DNA of 64,000 bases, taken from IMG/VR virus record IMGVR_UViG_3300005965_000002, positions 194,581-258,580 of that record; one strand, given 5' to 3'. Under the pieces are notes generated by a model. The model was given only the letters and a program-made list of their open reading frames with translations, was not told the DNA's origin and made no database searches. Position numbers and translations under genes: made by a program. Below are positions 1 to 11,600 of this stretch, one piece after another; the first letter of the stretch is position 1; each line of letters begins with the position of its first letter.

Positions 1-3000
1 AACTTTTTGAAGAGAATTTCAGTAGGTGACAAATTTAGGATAGAAGGAAAGAAAAACAGGTATACCATAGGAAAAATAGAAGTAGGTAAGGATAGTAGAG
101 TAGGAGGCACTTATGAAGTGCTGGTTATGGAGGACGGTAAGTATTTCACTGAAAGCGGCATTCAGACAATTGCTATACAGGTAAAAGAAGATGGAAGAAA
201 AGTAAGGGAAGAAGTAGTAAAAGAATTTTTTGGTGACCAGGTAAAAACAAAAAGTTTTTCAGAATTTGAGTCCTTCTATGCAGGAGAAGGCTATAAATTA
301 GAGGTGCAAACATTTAATCCAGCTTTTTTCCCAGCGTATGATGATAATTTTAATTTGGGTGTAAAGATAGAAGGAAAAGACATTGATGGGAAGGTCCCAA
401 ATAAAAATCAAATCAAAAAATTTGGGCGTTTTAATTTCTTTGCTGCTCTTTTTGCGCTAGTACCTGGCGAATATGATCCAGCAGAAAACTTTAGATTACA
501 AGCCGGGCACTTAGATGAAGATTCTTTGACTTTCGTGCCTGAAGAAACTATTACTGTAAACATCGCTGATTTGAATTATTTCCAGGAAAGAAATGTAATT
601 AACGTACAGGACGCTCTGTATAAGAATACGGATGGTGACGCTGATGATAATGATAAGCCTGGGTTGAGTAAATATTTCTATCTTTCCCTGGAGCGCGTAT
701 ACGTAGCAGGCTCAGAAGAAGGATATGTAGAAGGATTTGTTCTTAGATCAAGGGATAAAAATAAAGTCTTTAGATTTTTATTAGAAGATGGATTAGACGT
801 AGCTGACCAGTATGGATATAGAGATATTGATGAAACTACGGGCAATAGTATAGTATACGAAAATTTCTATGATCCCAATAATATTTATAGATGGCTTCTT
901 AAAGAGCAGCAGGCATGGCTTACGGAGGAAGCAATAATTAGAGATGTTTTTGATGTAAGCGATAAAATTGGTAGAGCTTTTGAGGCCGCTATCCTAAACG
1001 GATCCATAAGTGGTTTTAAAGACGATCTTATAAGTATAAGTAATGTACTAGATGTGAGAATCCCAAGGTATATGGACCACTTACTATTCCTTACCGGAAT
1101 GACTTCGGAACAGGGTCCTATTGAAAGGACAATGGAAGAGGTTATTATCTCTGAGACTGGTGAGCTTAGTTTTGCTTCCCCTGCTATTAAGGAATCTTAT
1201 GAAGACGCAGCAGGAAAGACAGGGACAAAAGGAGCAATCCAGGTATATCAGGATTTTTTGAATGAGCAGAATTTAGCGATATCGGTAAATGCTAGTAACA
1301 GGTCTATATGGATCACGGACTATATCAGGTGGGTTTTGAGCCTAAATGAAGGAACGGTTTTTCAGAAAGAAGCACGCAGGCAGTACGATTTGTTGAGGCA
1401 AGATATTGATATAGGTTTCTTATCTTTTGATGCTGTGTCTTTGCGGTATAACCAGAACCCGGAAGCATATCTATTATCTAATCCTAAGTACGGAGTTTAT
1501 AGCTATTCTAATTCTGGCCCGTCATTAGTGCTCCAGGTAGAAGCAGACAGTGTAAGTAATTCAGAAGATCAAGGTGTCAGAACATTCGTATTTCCATTTA
1601 GAGAGCACACAACCCTAAGCTCGTTAATTTCAGCCGTAAACAGCCAAGCTAAAGTTGGTAATGAACAGCTCTTTTCTGCTCAGCTAATCTTTGCTCATTA
1701 CCCTAAAGGAAACTATACAACTCAGAGGTTGGTATATACGGATGGTTTATTAAGCATAGATGATGACACTGTCTCGATACAGGCTTCTAACGTTTCTGAC
1801 CACAGAAAAAATGATAGTAGAGTGCTTTTCCTTGATAAACGTAGGGAGCAGCGTCTTATCCTCGATAATGCCGATAGTACCGCTATTGAGCCGTTTCCTA
1901 CTTATGTAAGTAACGGAGACCCAAATAAGAAATTCATAGACGATCTGAATATTAAAGTACCCGGCAGGTGGGCTCGGGTACCGGAAGATTTTCCTGAAGG
2001 CTATTTTGATGTCCTTAAAATAGGTCCTTATAATTCAAATTGGTCTATTTCCTATACCTTTGAAGATACTTATAAGGATGGAACAACAAGGGACGACATT
2101 ACTACGCCAGAAGATGTTATCGATAGGTATAACGAGCAAAGCCGGGTAGATATAGATAAAGATACATGGGAAGTTCTTCTATCTCGTGGTAACAAGAGTC
2201 GCCCCGAGACTTTCCTCTTGAAGAAATTAATAATCACGAAGAAAGGCGTTACCTCGTTCGATGAGGAATTCGACTTAAGGAGATACGAGGATATCTCCAG
2301 TCTTGTTACCGCTATTAATTCTGCTAAAGATGATCAGGGTAATAGGCTTTTCAAAGCCGAGGTCGTAGGAGAAGAAAACATTCAAGGCAGAATGAAAAGT
2401 TATGAGCTAAAGGCGGACTATGAGAGGCAGATATTGAAGGTATTAGTTGGGGTAGACGTAGATACTACCGATACTGAATCAGTCCAATATTATCTAAGAG
2501 ATTTTCCGGTGGGATGGAAGGTGGCAACTGTAGAATTAGACCCGGGGCAAACCGCTACTATAGAAATTAACCCTAAAAGATATAGTTTACTTGAAAATTA
2601 TGCTTTTTTACCGGAGCCCCCAGAGCAGGCCCGGGATACCGCTCTTTCTAACCAGAAAATAGATATTTTGCCTTTTGATCTTTATACATGGGCGGAAAAC
2701 GGGTCATATAAAATCGAGTACGAGGTGTCTGGGGACACAGTAATCAAAAATAGTTTAATACTATCAAGCGATAGAGGTACTTGTACGATACCTCTCAAGG
2801 AAGAAGAGCTTTTATACGATTATTCTGGTGACGGCAAGGGTTTAATTAACAGGATCAACAGAAATCCTGATTGTAACAGGTATTGGTATGCAAATCTAAA
2901 ATTTGGAAGAAAGGGAAAAAATAATTTTGTGTACACCTATCTTCCTAAGACTAAATCTACCTCTGTGCCTAAAGCATCTTTAGAGGATTTATACCTGGAT

Positions 3001-4656
3001 AAAGATTCTGCTTTAACAATAGAATCCGATGGGATCAATTTTGAATATCAGGTAGTTCCTACGGATACTCTACCATCTCCGATAGATCTAGACACAGTAT
3101 ATGAGTCTAAGCAATTAAATTTAGAAGCTGATATAGGTGCTATAAGGTTAAGCTTTGGGGATGGGTACACTAACAGTACTCAGGGGACTTACACGATAGA
3201 CGGAACAGCAGAGACCCTATCTTTTTCAGTGAGCTATGAGTATGATTATGAATATTCGGTATCATTTAATCTATCATCTTATACCTTAGACGACTTAAAA
3301 GATGCTATTAATGGTGAGCGGGATCCTGTTACTAATACTGATTTATTTAACGCTTCCCGTGGCGTAGGGGTGCCAGAATCTGAACCAGCAAGTAAGTTGG
3401 TTGTACAGTCAGGGGATCTTCCGGGTACGTTGCTGAAATCTGATTCTCCTTCTGAGGCTATAGTTATTTCCTTATTACCCCCGGATCCTTCGTACACGGT
3501 TAGATCGGCTAGGTATTCTGTATCCCCTGGTGGGACACTTACATTACAGGCTACCTTAAGGTACACAGGAACATTTAATCCTCCTGCATTTAATCTATTA
3601 AGCGCGTCTTATGGTACTTTGCAGAATCTTACTGAGGCTATCGGAGACCTAAAACCGGATTCAGCCTTTAATAGTATATTTAATGCTGAGCTGTTAATAC
3701 CAGATGATGATTCTACTGATTTATTAGATTCGGGAGGCGCTCAAGCGTTAGGGGAGTTCTCATATTTACGTTTACAATCAGTTAAATCATACGATATTAC
3801 TAATATTACTTTAAACGGATTAGTATCCTCTATTAACAATGATGCTGATAGTACCGGGTTTACGGCTACCGCTGTTGAAGGGTATGGTACTTATCCAGCT
3901 AAGTATTTAGTGCCTAGTTCTACGGCACAAACTGCTGATGAATCAATAGAGCTAGTAATTGATTTAAGAAATCAGACGGGATTGCGGCTGTTGAATATGG
4001 ACACACCAGCATCCTATGAAGTTAGCGGTACTGGTTTAAATAAGAGTTTGACTGTAAATAAAGATAATAAAACAAAAGTTTTTAAGCTTACGACTAAACA
4101 GCTTAACACTATTAGAGATAACTTATCTGGTAGTGTGCTGTCAGGATTACAGGAGATAGGAATATACCCAATACTTCTAGAAAGTAATCAGTTCGGCTTA
4201 CTAAATAATGTTGATAGTAATGATCTACCAATAAATGCTCCTCCAAGTTCTGGAGCTCATGTTTATTTTGGATTTCTTTCTGACATCCGTTTTTATCAGA
4301 TTTCTGATAAAAATTTGGATGCACAGCTATCGTACATTAAACGTAGGCTGGCAAAGCCCTGGAAAGACAGCGAAGGTAATTTCATTCCCGATTATTATAA
4401 TAGTGATAATTACTATGACTTTGAGTACGGAATTAGTAGGGATCAATTTTTAAGCTTTTTAAGGGATACCAGGTTTACACAATTAGCCAACAGCATAATA
4501 AATGAAGAGCTTAATAATAAAGCCTATCTGTGGCTTTATTTAAAATTTCACAGGGAGTTCGGATGCGACCAACAGGTAAAGGTACTGACCAAACAGATAG
4601 AGGAAGACGAGGAGTCAGGAAATCAACTGGGGATAGCACCAATAAGTGGAGAGTAA
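1..4656 (+). CDS. Very large virion/tail-associated structural protein, 5'-truncated
   Basis: Frame is open from base 1, so the TTG at 7 is probably not the real start. Acidic, beta-rich, with repeated F-x-L...L-x-x-L-x-x-A-I-N motifs. Lies upstream of the baseplate genes. Confidence 0.7.
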   Translation, partial: NFLKRISVGDKFRIEGKKNRYTIGKIEVGKDSRVGGTYEVLVMEDGKYFTESGIQTIAIQVKEDGRKVREEVVKEFFGDQVKTKSFSEFESFYAGEGYKLEVQTFNPAFFPAYDDNFNLGVKIEGKDIDGKVPNKNQIKKFGRFNFFAALFALVPGEYDPAENFRLQAGHLDEDSLTFVPEETITVNIADLNYFQERNVINVQDALYKNTDGDADDNDKPGLSKYFYLSLERVYVAGSEEGYVEGFVLRSRDKNKVFRFLLEDGLDVADQYGYRDIDETTGNSIVYENFYDPNNIYRWLLKEQQAWLTEEAIIRDVFDVSDKIGRAFEAAILNGSISGFKDDLISISNVLDVRIPRYMDHLLFLTGMTSEQGPIERTMEEVIISETGELSFASPAIKESYEDAAGKTGTKGAIQVYQDFLNEQNLAISVNASNRSIWITDYIRWVLSLNEGTVFQKEARRQYDLLRQDIDIGFLSFDAVSLRYNQNPEAYLLSNPKYGVYSYSNSGPSLVLQVEADSVSNSEDQGVRTFVFPFREHTTLSSLISAVNSQAKVGNEQLFSAQLIFAHYPKGNYTTQRLVYTDGLLSIDDDTVSIQASNVSDHRKNDSRVLFLDKRREQRLILDNADSTAIEPFPTYVSNGDPNKKFIDDLNIKVPGRWARVPEDFPEGYFDVLKIGPYNSNWSISYTFEDTYKDGTTRDDITTPEDVIDRYNEQSRVDIDKDTWEVLLSRGNKSRPETFLLKKLIITKKGVTSFDEEFDLRRYEDISSLVTAINSAKDDQGNRLFKAEVVGEENIQGRMKSYELKADYERQILKVLVGVDVDTTDTESVQYYLRDFPVGWKVATVELDPGQTATIEINPKRYSLLENYAFLPEPPEQARDTALSNQKIDILPFDLYTWAENGSYKIEYEVSGDTVIKNSLILSSDRGTCTIPLKEEELLYDYSGDGKGLINRINRNPDCNRYWYANLKFGRKGKNNFVYTYLPKTKSTSVPKASLEDLYLDKDSALTIESDGINFEYQVVPTDTLPSPIDLDTVYESKQLNLEADIGAIRLSFGDGYTNSTQGTYTIDGTAETLSFSVSYEYDYEYSVSFNLSSYTLDDLKDAINGERDPVTNTDLFNASRGVGVPESEPASKLVVQSGDLPGTLLKSDSPSEAIVISLLPPDPSYTVRSARYSVSPGGTLTLQATLRYTGTFNPPAFNLLSASYGTLQNLTEAIGDLKPDSAFNSIFNAELLIPDDDSTDLLDSGGAQALGEFSYLRLQSVKSYDITNITLNGLVSSINNDADSTGFTATAVEGYGTYPAKYLVPSSTAQTADESIELVIDLRNQTGLRLLNMDTPASYEVSGTGLNKSLTVNKDNKTKVFKLTTKQLNTIRDNLSGSVLSGLQEIGIYPILLESNQFGLLNNVDSNDLPINAPPSSGAHVYFGFLSDIRFYQISDKNLDAQLSYIKRRLAKPWKDSEGNFIPDYYNSDNYYDFEYGISRDQFLSFLRDTRFTQLANSIINEELNNKAYLWLYLKFHREFGCDQQVKVLTKQIEEDEESGNQLGIAPISGE

Positions 4657-4781
4657 TTAAACCTCAAGAGCGTACGTCTCCTATTTTAGATGAAATGATG
4701 GCTCCGATTATATCGGCTGTCGATAGAACTATAGATATTGAAAAAGAGAATCTTTTGCAGAAGATAAAGAGGACTGTATGA
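4563..4781 (+). CDS. Small hypothetical protein overlapping the end of the upstream gene (start uncertain)
   Basis: Fills the 4657-4777 gap and ends in an ATGA overlap with the next gene. ATG at 4563 is preceded by GGGAG; alternative ATG at 4695. Confidence 0.45.
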   Translation: MRPTGKGTDQTDRGRRGVRKSTGDSTNKWRVIKPQERTSPILDEMMAPIISAVDRTIDIEKENLLQKIKRTV

Positions 4782-6487
4782 AGGTCAGATTTTCTCCCAG
4801 CAGGGGATCAGAACTCGTAAAACCTAAGATAGAAGAAGATACTACGGCTGTATCATTTTCTGATTTATTAGGATTTACTGTGCAGCCTTCAAGTACGGCG
4901 TTTGCCGAGCGGTCCCCTGGGACGACAACTAGCAGCTACGACTGGAAGAATTGGACTCTTAACTTTGGGTTGTCGGATGTACAAAAATTTGTTAATGGGG
5001 CAGATTATGTGCTCTCTACTTTACAGATAATCTCAGAAACTATTAGTAGTACAGCAAAGATATTAAGGTTATTTTCAAACGACTTAAAGTCTGTCTCAAG
5101 GCTATTAAAAACTGTATCAAATGCCCTGGTAAGTAGTATTCGTGGTTTCACCGAGTCTTTGGCGTCCACGCCACTAGCCGTTACCCTGATTCTACCTGAT
5201 GTGGATAAACGAAAATCCGGGTTTGTTAATCCAATAAATATGGGATTTCAAGAGTTTAAAACGAGGGTTTCTAGTGCTTGTTTGAACCCAAATGATCCAG
5301 GAGCTCCAAAATTTGAAGAGCCGGATCAGGTTGGTGGTATAGTGGTTGCAGGTATCGCAGGCCAGAACGACCCTAATGCTTTGTTTGACACTTTACGTAA
5401 TTTTGACATTTTATCGAGGTTCTTCAGCTTTAAAAACCCGAATTTATCATCTCCACAAAACGTGACATTAAAAGCAGGGAGATACGGTAAGGACGATAGG
5501 TTTGGTGTAAAGGTCATATGGGACCACCCAGGGACACTCGGTATTAAAAATTTCGCCATTTTCCGTAGCAGATACCATAATGGTTATATAAGTAATGTGG
5601 AATACAACGGGAAACCGGTAACAATAAATGTATTTGAGGATGAAGATTTTAATAATAACGAGCCGGTTATTAAGTCAGCCTTGTTGACTCGGCCTAAATT
5701 TAGTTATATAGATTACGAAGTCGAAGAGGGCGTTCAGTATCACTATGTAGTATACAGTTTACCTAGTAAGGATTATCTGGAAAAAGTACCTGTAATGAAA
5801 TCTTTAAAAAGTCCATTAGCGTCAAATAGGGTATCCATTGTTGCAAGAAACTGCATTCCTGTCTCTGAGCTAAGAGAAAAGTTGTTACTGGATGTAGACG
5901 GAAATCCTGTAGATCCTGATTTTTTTGACTCCGAATGGATATCCCTCAACGTCAGGTCTCTCTTAGGAACTGAATTTGAAAATATTTTGAGACGATTAGA
6001 AAGATACGTTGATATCTTTAACGGCTGGGTAACTACAGGAAGTGATGCCATAACGCAGTATGTTGACTTTTATTCTAACAGAATAAGGCAGTATACTAAT
6101 ATAATAAAAACTATACAAGATACAATACAAACAATATCACAGTATCGACTTGGGGGCAGTATACTTTATTTAGAATTAGAATTGGAAAATGGTGGTATTG
6201 AGAATTTTGTGCGCCGGTTTAATGATGCTACTATTAGTCCGGATGTTCTTGAATTGGATGGAATTTATTTCGGAATAGTAATAGTTTATGGTTTTCCAAA
6301 CTTTAATAGCCGCACGTATAAGCTATATTTCCCGCAGGAAGAAATAGATCAATTGCAGACGAGATTAGATATGAGTAAATCTTCTAAAGAATTTTTTAAT
6401 AAGGAAAAAGAAAGAATAAAAGAACTGATCGACAGTAGCGATAATGCTTTTTCTTTCTTAAAAGAAACATTATTTGGCGGAGATTAA
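4778..6487 (+). CDS. Putative virion protein: helical N and C regions flanking an Ig/FN3-like domain
   Basis: 569 aa; FN3-like pattern PQNVTL...VKVIWDHP...FAIFRS...YIDYEVEEGVQYHYVVYS; tail-module context. Confidence 0.6.
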   Translation: MKVRFSPSRGSELVKPKIEEDTTAVSFSDLLGFTVQPSSTAFAERSPGTTTSSYDWKNWTLNFGLSDVQKFVNGADYVLSTLQIISETISSTAKILRLFSNDLKSVSRLLKTVSNALVSSIRGFTESLASTPLAVTLILPDVDKRKSGFVNPINMGFQEFKTRVSSACLNPNDPGAPKFEEPDQVGGIVVAGIAGQNDPNALFDTLRNFDILSRFFSFKNPNLSSPQNVTLKAGRYGKDDRFGVKVIWDHPGTLGIKNFAIFRSRYHNGYISNVEYNGKPVTINVFEDEDFNNNEPVIKSALLTRPKFSYIDYEVEEGVQYHYVVYSLPSKDYLEKVPVMKSLKSPLASNRVSIVARNCIPVSELREKLLLDVDGNPVDPDFFDSEWISLNVRSLLGTEFENILRRLERYVDIFNGWVTTGSDAITQYVDFYSNRIRQYTNIIKTIQDTIQTISQYRLGGSILYLELELENGGIENFVRRFNDATISPDVLELDGIYFGIVIVYGFPNFNSRTYKLYFPQEEIDQLQTRLDMSKSSKEFFNKEKERIKELIDSSDNAFSFLKETLFGGD

Positions 6488-6488
6488 T

Positions 6489-7913
6489 ATGGGATACAGG
6501 CGTGATAACATAAATAATCTTTCTAAGATCGATAGGGTTGATGATTTAATTGATTATCAGGATCTTCTGGAGGTTGCCAGCCAAACTCAGGAGCACAGAA
6601 GCCTCTATATCGAGCATCTTCGGGTAGAGCAACGTAGGTATGAAAAAAGGATTAAAGAGCTCACTCGGCAAAGGTCCCAACAAATTCTACTCAAGGATAT
6701 ACTTACAAAGACAGATAACCCTGAGGAGACTTTAAAAACTTATAGGCCATCGGTCTTCCACGTACCTAAGCCCGATCAGTCATTAGAGAAATTTGATTAC
6801 TCAAAGATTTATGGGCCTAATCCCTCCTTTGATATGAAATCTGTAGCTCAGGAAGAGATAAGAGACGTAATCCGAGCTATTGATATAGCTATTAGAGATA
6901 TTGATTATGAGCTATCCAAAACCGACTTATTTGAAAGACGGACTTCGTATATAATAAAAAAACTCCAGTCTCAGGAAAGTAGCCTAAATAAAGCTAAGCT
7001 TACTAGCGGGGCAAGGTATAAAAATATTGTTCAGAATATATCTGATATAAACAATGTGATCAGTAAGGTGAGTAGCTTAATATTTGTTTTAGAAGATATA
7101 CCTGAGAATTTTACCACTGAAAGTGAATCTAAGAAGTTCGAAACCGAGTTTAACCAAAAAACTTTTTCATATAATTTGGAGCGTAGGGCACTAATTGAAA
7201 TTTCTGAGGATTATATAGAAGATTACCCCGAGCAGACAGTAGCAACTACTTATATTATCGATTTAAGAGTTTACGTGGAATCTTTACCACAGCAACTCAC
7301 AGTCATAATGCCTCAGAAAGAAGAGGTATTAAAGACATTAAAAGTATTTTTAAAGAGAGCTATATCCGATAAGATCAGAATAAAAGGAAAACTTGAGGCT
7401 TTGGCTGGGGAAAAACATAATGCTGAGATAAATAAGAGGGTCAAAGATCTAAAGGATGAGCTTAATACGCAGTTAGCTACAGACGCTATAAATGATATAG
7501 TTGATAAGTCACTCACACAAGATGTAGCTCGCCAAGCCACACAGAGACTAAAAACAGCCACTGATAATAGAATTAGGCGCTTTCGAGAAAGACTAAAAAA
7601 GGCAAACACTGTAGAGCTCATAAATGATTTCAAGTATGAATATTTAAACTGGGGATCTCTTTTTAAGAGAACCGAGGAAAAGGATCGTACAGGTGATCAG
7701 ACTTTAGAAGAGTATTGGAGAGAAGAGCTTAGACAAAAATATGGAGGTGACATACCTTTTTGTGACGAGGTGCGTCTTCTGGACGGCAGCTTCGCTAAAA
7801 AGACAGATGTGATATTAGACTCAGAATCAGGCACATATATTAGGCGGCAAGATAAGAAAAATCAAGAAATTATAGATGAAAATCTGGCGAATGACCCTCG
7901 CCAGAGGATTTAA
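6489..7913 (+). CDS. Hypothetical coiled-coil protein
   Basis: Long charged helical ORF. ATG at 6489 follows GGAG (the track starts at 6474). Confidence 0.65.
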   Translation: MGYRRDNINNLSKIDRVDDLIDYQDLLEVASQTQEHRSLYIEHLRVEQRRYEKRIKELTRQRSQQILLKDILTKTDNPEETLKTYRPSVFHVPKPDQSLEKFDYSKIYGPNPSFDMKSVAQEEIRDVIRAIDIAIRDIDYELSKTDLFERRTSYIIKKLQSQESSLNKAKLTSGARYKNIVQNISDINNVISKVSSLIFVLEDIPENFTTESESKKFETEFNQKTFSYNLERRALIEISEDYIEDYPEQTVATTYIIDLRVYVESLPQQLTVIMPQKEEVLKTLKVFLKRAISDKIRIKGKLEALAGEKHNAEINKRVKDLKDELNTQLATDAINDIVDKSLTQDVARQATQRLKTATDNRIRRFRERLKKANTVELINDFKYEYLNWGSLFKRTEEKDRTGDQTLEEYWREELRQKYGGDIPFCDEVRLLDGSFAKKTDVILDSESGTYIRRQDKKNQEIIDENLANDPRQRI

Positions 7914-7925
7914 TTATCTACTAAT
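7911..7925 (+). promoter_or_regulatory. Candidate late promoter TAATTATCTACTAAT
   Basis: Motif recurs in intergenic gaps before structural genes (21181, 32569, 40420, 63112). Confidence 0.55.
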
Positions 7926-7940
7926 TAAAAGACCTTCCAT

Positions 7941-8690
7941 ATGTCACAAGATTTTAAAATACAGAATAGATGCGATCATAAGATAAATTGGGAGGAAGGA
8001 ACTCTTTCTTCTGATAGAAAACGCATAGATGTCACTTATCGAATAGCTTCTAAATCATCTGTTTCGTTACGAATAAATAATGTAGCTATTCCAACCTCGA
8101 ATTATAAAATAGTAAAAGACGTAACGGTAGTCGATACTGAAAAGCCTTTTTATATACTAATGAACAATAAAATAAGGCATAATAACCCTCTGGTCGAGGT
8201 AAAGTACGTAACTTTTTTAAATAGATGCCCAAAATGCCAGGGTACTAAATTTTTGGATGATATTGCTTATAGTTCATCTGGGGATATTACACAAGTAAAA
8301 GATGAATTTTTATTGTTACAAACAGTAGAGAAGTACATAGTTACAAATATAAGAAGTAACAAATTTCATTCTTGGATGGGAACTAACCTCCATGAATTAG
8401 TAGGTACAAAGATACTGGACATGGAATTACTACGGAATAAAGTTGTAGATGAAGTAAACTCGGCTATAGAAAAGCTAAAGGATATTCAGAGGCAGTTAGT
8501 CTCTACCGGAAGGCCGGTAAGTGCGGGTGAGCTTTTTGGTGAATTGATATCAGTAGACCTCACCCAGGATTTCGAAGATTTAAGCATAATATCAGTAACC
8601 GTAAGATTTACAGCTCAAAGCGGAAAAAGGCTAAACTATACGCAATTACTGGAGCTGGCAGATCTAAGGCAAAGGATTAACTTCTCATGA
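7941..8690 (+). CDS. Baseplate protein with CxxC and C-terminal gp25/GpW-like domain
   Basis: CPKC; LLLQTVEKYIVT...FHSWMGTNLHELVG...ISVTVRFTAQSG fits a gp25-like pattern; directly upstream of baseplate J. Confidence 0.6.
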   Translation: MSQDFKIQNRCDHKINWEEGTLSSDRKRIDVTYRIASKSSVSLRINNVAIPTSNYKIVKDVTVVDTEKPFYILMNNKIRHNNPLVEVKYVTFLNRCPKCQGTKFLDDIAYSSSGDITQVKDEFLLLQTVEKYIVTNIRSNKFHSWMGTNLHELVGTKILDMELLRNKVVDEVNSAIEKLKDIQRQLVSTGRPVSAGELFGELISVDLTQDFEDLSIISVTVRFTAQSGKRLNYTQLLELADLRQRINFS

Positions 8691-11600
8691 CTATAGCTGC
8701 TCCTATTATTGAGTACCCTATGACCGATTGGACTGGCAGCGGTACTGATAAATATTACACATCTGAATTGATACAGATAATATCGGGCACTGTTCCTGTG
8801 ACTACTGCTGACGTTCAGGAACTAGGCTCTATAATTACTGTAGAGTTTAGGTACAGAATTACCTCAGGCGGCACTACTTCGCCTTATTCTAACTTTAGCA
8901 ATGCTGGAATCACAGTAGGTAGCACTCTTAGCACGGCTACTGAAATTCCCTGGTCGCTAAACACAGAAGGTATAGTTAGCTTCGATGTTGATGATACTAT
9001 AGAGTTTGAATTAAAAACAGTAAAAAGAATTTCAAACAATCAGGGTGCTGGTTATGTATCCGAAGAGAGCTCCCTATCAAAGGTAACAGTAGGGATTATT
9101 GCAGAAGATAAAATCACGGCTTCTGTCATAGAACCTACTGGAACCAGATTAGAGCGTGCTAGGGATTACATAAAGGTATTTGTCCCGGTTAATTCTTTAA
9201 AGACAAACAGAGACAATGATCTTGTAGGCGTAAACTTTTACATTTCATTAGATGCCGGTGGTGGAGTAAACGGTTACCAAAAGATAAATCAATCCTATAT
9301 TGTTGAAGCAGATGTGTCGGAAACAGAATCGGAAGTATTACAGGTTTCATCAACGGAAGATACTACTAATAACCTGACGGTTACAACTACAAAAACCCGT
9401 CAGGTGCAAAGAGAGTACGTAACTTACACTATCAATTCAACAGTATTGAATAGACTTGTATCCGAGAATAAAATTAGGAATGTATTTTTGGATAACGATG
9501 CTACTTTAAACCCGGACATAGTTTATTATTTTGTAACCACTGCTCTTTCCTTTGATAAGTCATTAAAGCAGGTCGTCGAGAGTAATTACTCGGTTGAACT
9601 TGAGGGTGAATTCCTGGAATATGCTACAGATTTTCAAAGCATACCGGGTAGAAATAATTCGGATATAATTTTTTCTGTAACAAAAACTCTTACTACTGAT
9701 AATAATACTGTTAATGTAATAGGCGGTTCTGTTGTAAGAGACATATTAGATCCCGTAGCATTAGAATTTTCTAAGTATTACATAATTCAGGATTTTATAT
9801 TCAAGACGCTATCAGTGGATACGCTTATAGATTTTGACGACGCCGATGGAGATGGTGTCAGTGATCCCATCGAAACTAATATAGATAAGCGAAACTTAGC
9901 CGACGCTCTCGGGATTAGGGATGGGGCAAATTTACAGTTAATTATAAATGAACAGTTCGATAAAAGAGCTGCAAACTGCAATATCACACGACGAGATCCG
10001 ATACAGGCTACAGGTAAAGTAACTTTTTTTGTATCGAATGCCCCGACAAATGATATAATCATTCCAGCAGGTACTCAGGTAAGCACAGCGGCTGACCCGA
10101 CTACGGGCTCAACATCCGTGGCTTTTACTGTAGTAGGGACAAAATTAATTGATTCTTCAAATCCTGACTTTTACTATAATCCTACTTTAAGAAGATACGA
10201 AATTGAGGCTGACGTAAGGGCTGTGCTCGGCGGGTCTCAAGGTAATGTACCAGCTGGGTCTATAGAAAGAGCTACTGGATTACCTAGTAATATCCAGGTA
10301 ACTAATACTAATCCCACTAACTACGGCGCTAATAGAGAAACTAATAGAGAGTTGTCCGAAAGAATAAAGCTAGCTATAGCTGGTGTGGATTCAGGTACAG
10401 AGGGTGGCTACAAGAAAACGAGCGAAAGCGTTCCCGGGGTACAGCAGGCCCGAGTAGAAAAAGCTGGTGATGAATTAATGGTTAGAGATTTGGATATCTC
10501 CAGCAGAAGACATTTGGGCGGTAAAGTAGACATATACATTAAAGGCGAGAGAAGACGCCAATACATTGATCAGGTAGCCTTTAAATTTGAGTACCCCACC
10601 GACACATTCGGTAAGCTCAGCGGGGAGAGATTTTACGTAATTAATGCTAATGAATTTAGAATCCAAACCCGGAATACAAAAGTTACGGCCACTAATCCTA
10701 TTATTTCGGTTTCTAATGTTAGAAATGTAACTAGAGGATCAGATTATGATATAAGCGGGTACCGTATTATAGGGGATGGGGATACCGTAATTTTAGAAAA
10801 TAATCAGACCAATAATAGAATAGGTATGGCTACATTAGATGTGATAGAGGTAAACTACAGCTATCGAAGCTCTAATGTAATTACTCTGGAACATCAACCC
10901 GTAAATACTATTATTTCTGTAACTGATTCAGATGGTAATCTGGTAGATGAAGCAGAATATAGGTTAGTGAGACTGGAAGATCCGCTGCTAACGGGGGAGT
11001 CCTCTATTTCTAAATATGGTATAGAATTCTTATTCGACTCTCAAAATGACGTAAATGAATTTAGACAGATAGATGATGAGCAACATGACATGTTTCTCGA
11101 TATACCGATATCTTTGTCTTTAAAGGGTGTAGATATTGATTCCATTACGGTTTTGAACGCGGATGACGAATCCATAGTCTATAAAAAAGATATAGACTAT
11201 GAGGTTACCGGAGGGACGCAGGTCATACCAACACAATTATCCCTGCTGCCTAATAGTGCGATTAGGCAAGGACAAAGAATCTCTGTATCTTATAGAGCAA
11301 ATGAAAATTTTGAGGTCACATACCAAGCCAACTCATTGGTTGAGCAAGCTCAAGAAGAAGTAGAAAAGTTAAAGCACGCAGATGCCGATGTTGTTGTTAA
11401 ACAAGGGATAGGAAATAGAGTCGATATCAGCGCCCGTGTTATAAAAGATGGAAGGTTAGATAGTAGGTATTTAGAATCTGATCGAACTGTTTTAAAATCT
11501 AGAATACAAACAGCCGTAGCTAACTATGTACAAAAGCTCAGGATGGGGGAAACCTTTACTCAGGCCTCACTGGTAAATGTTATCCGTAGCGTACCTGGGG

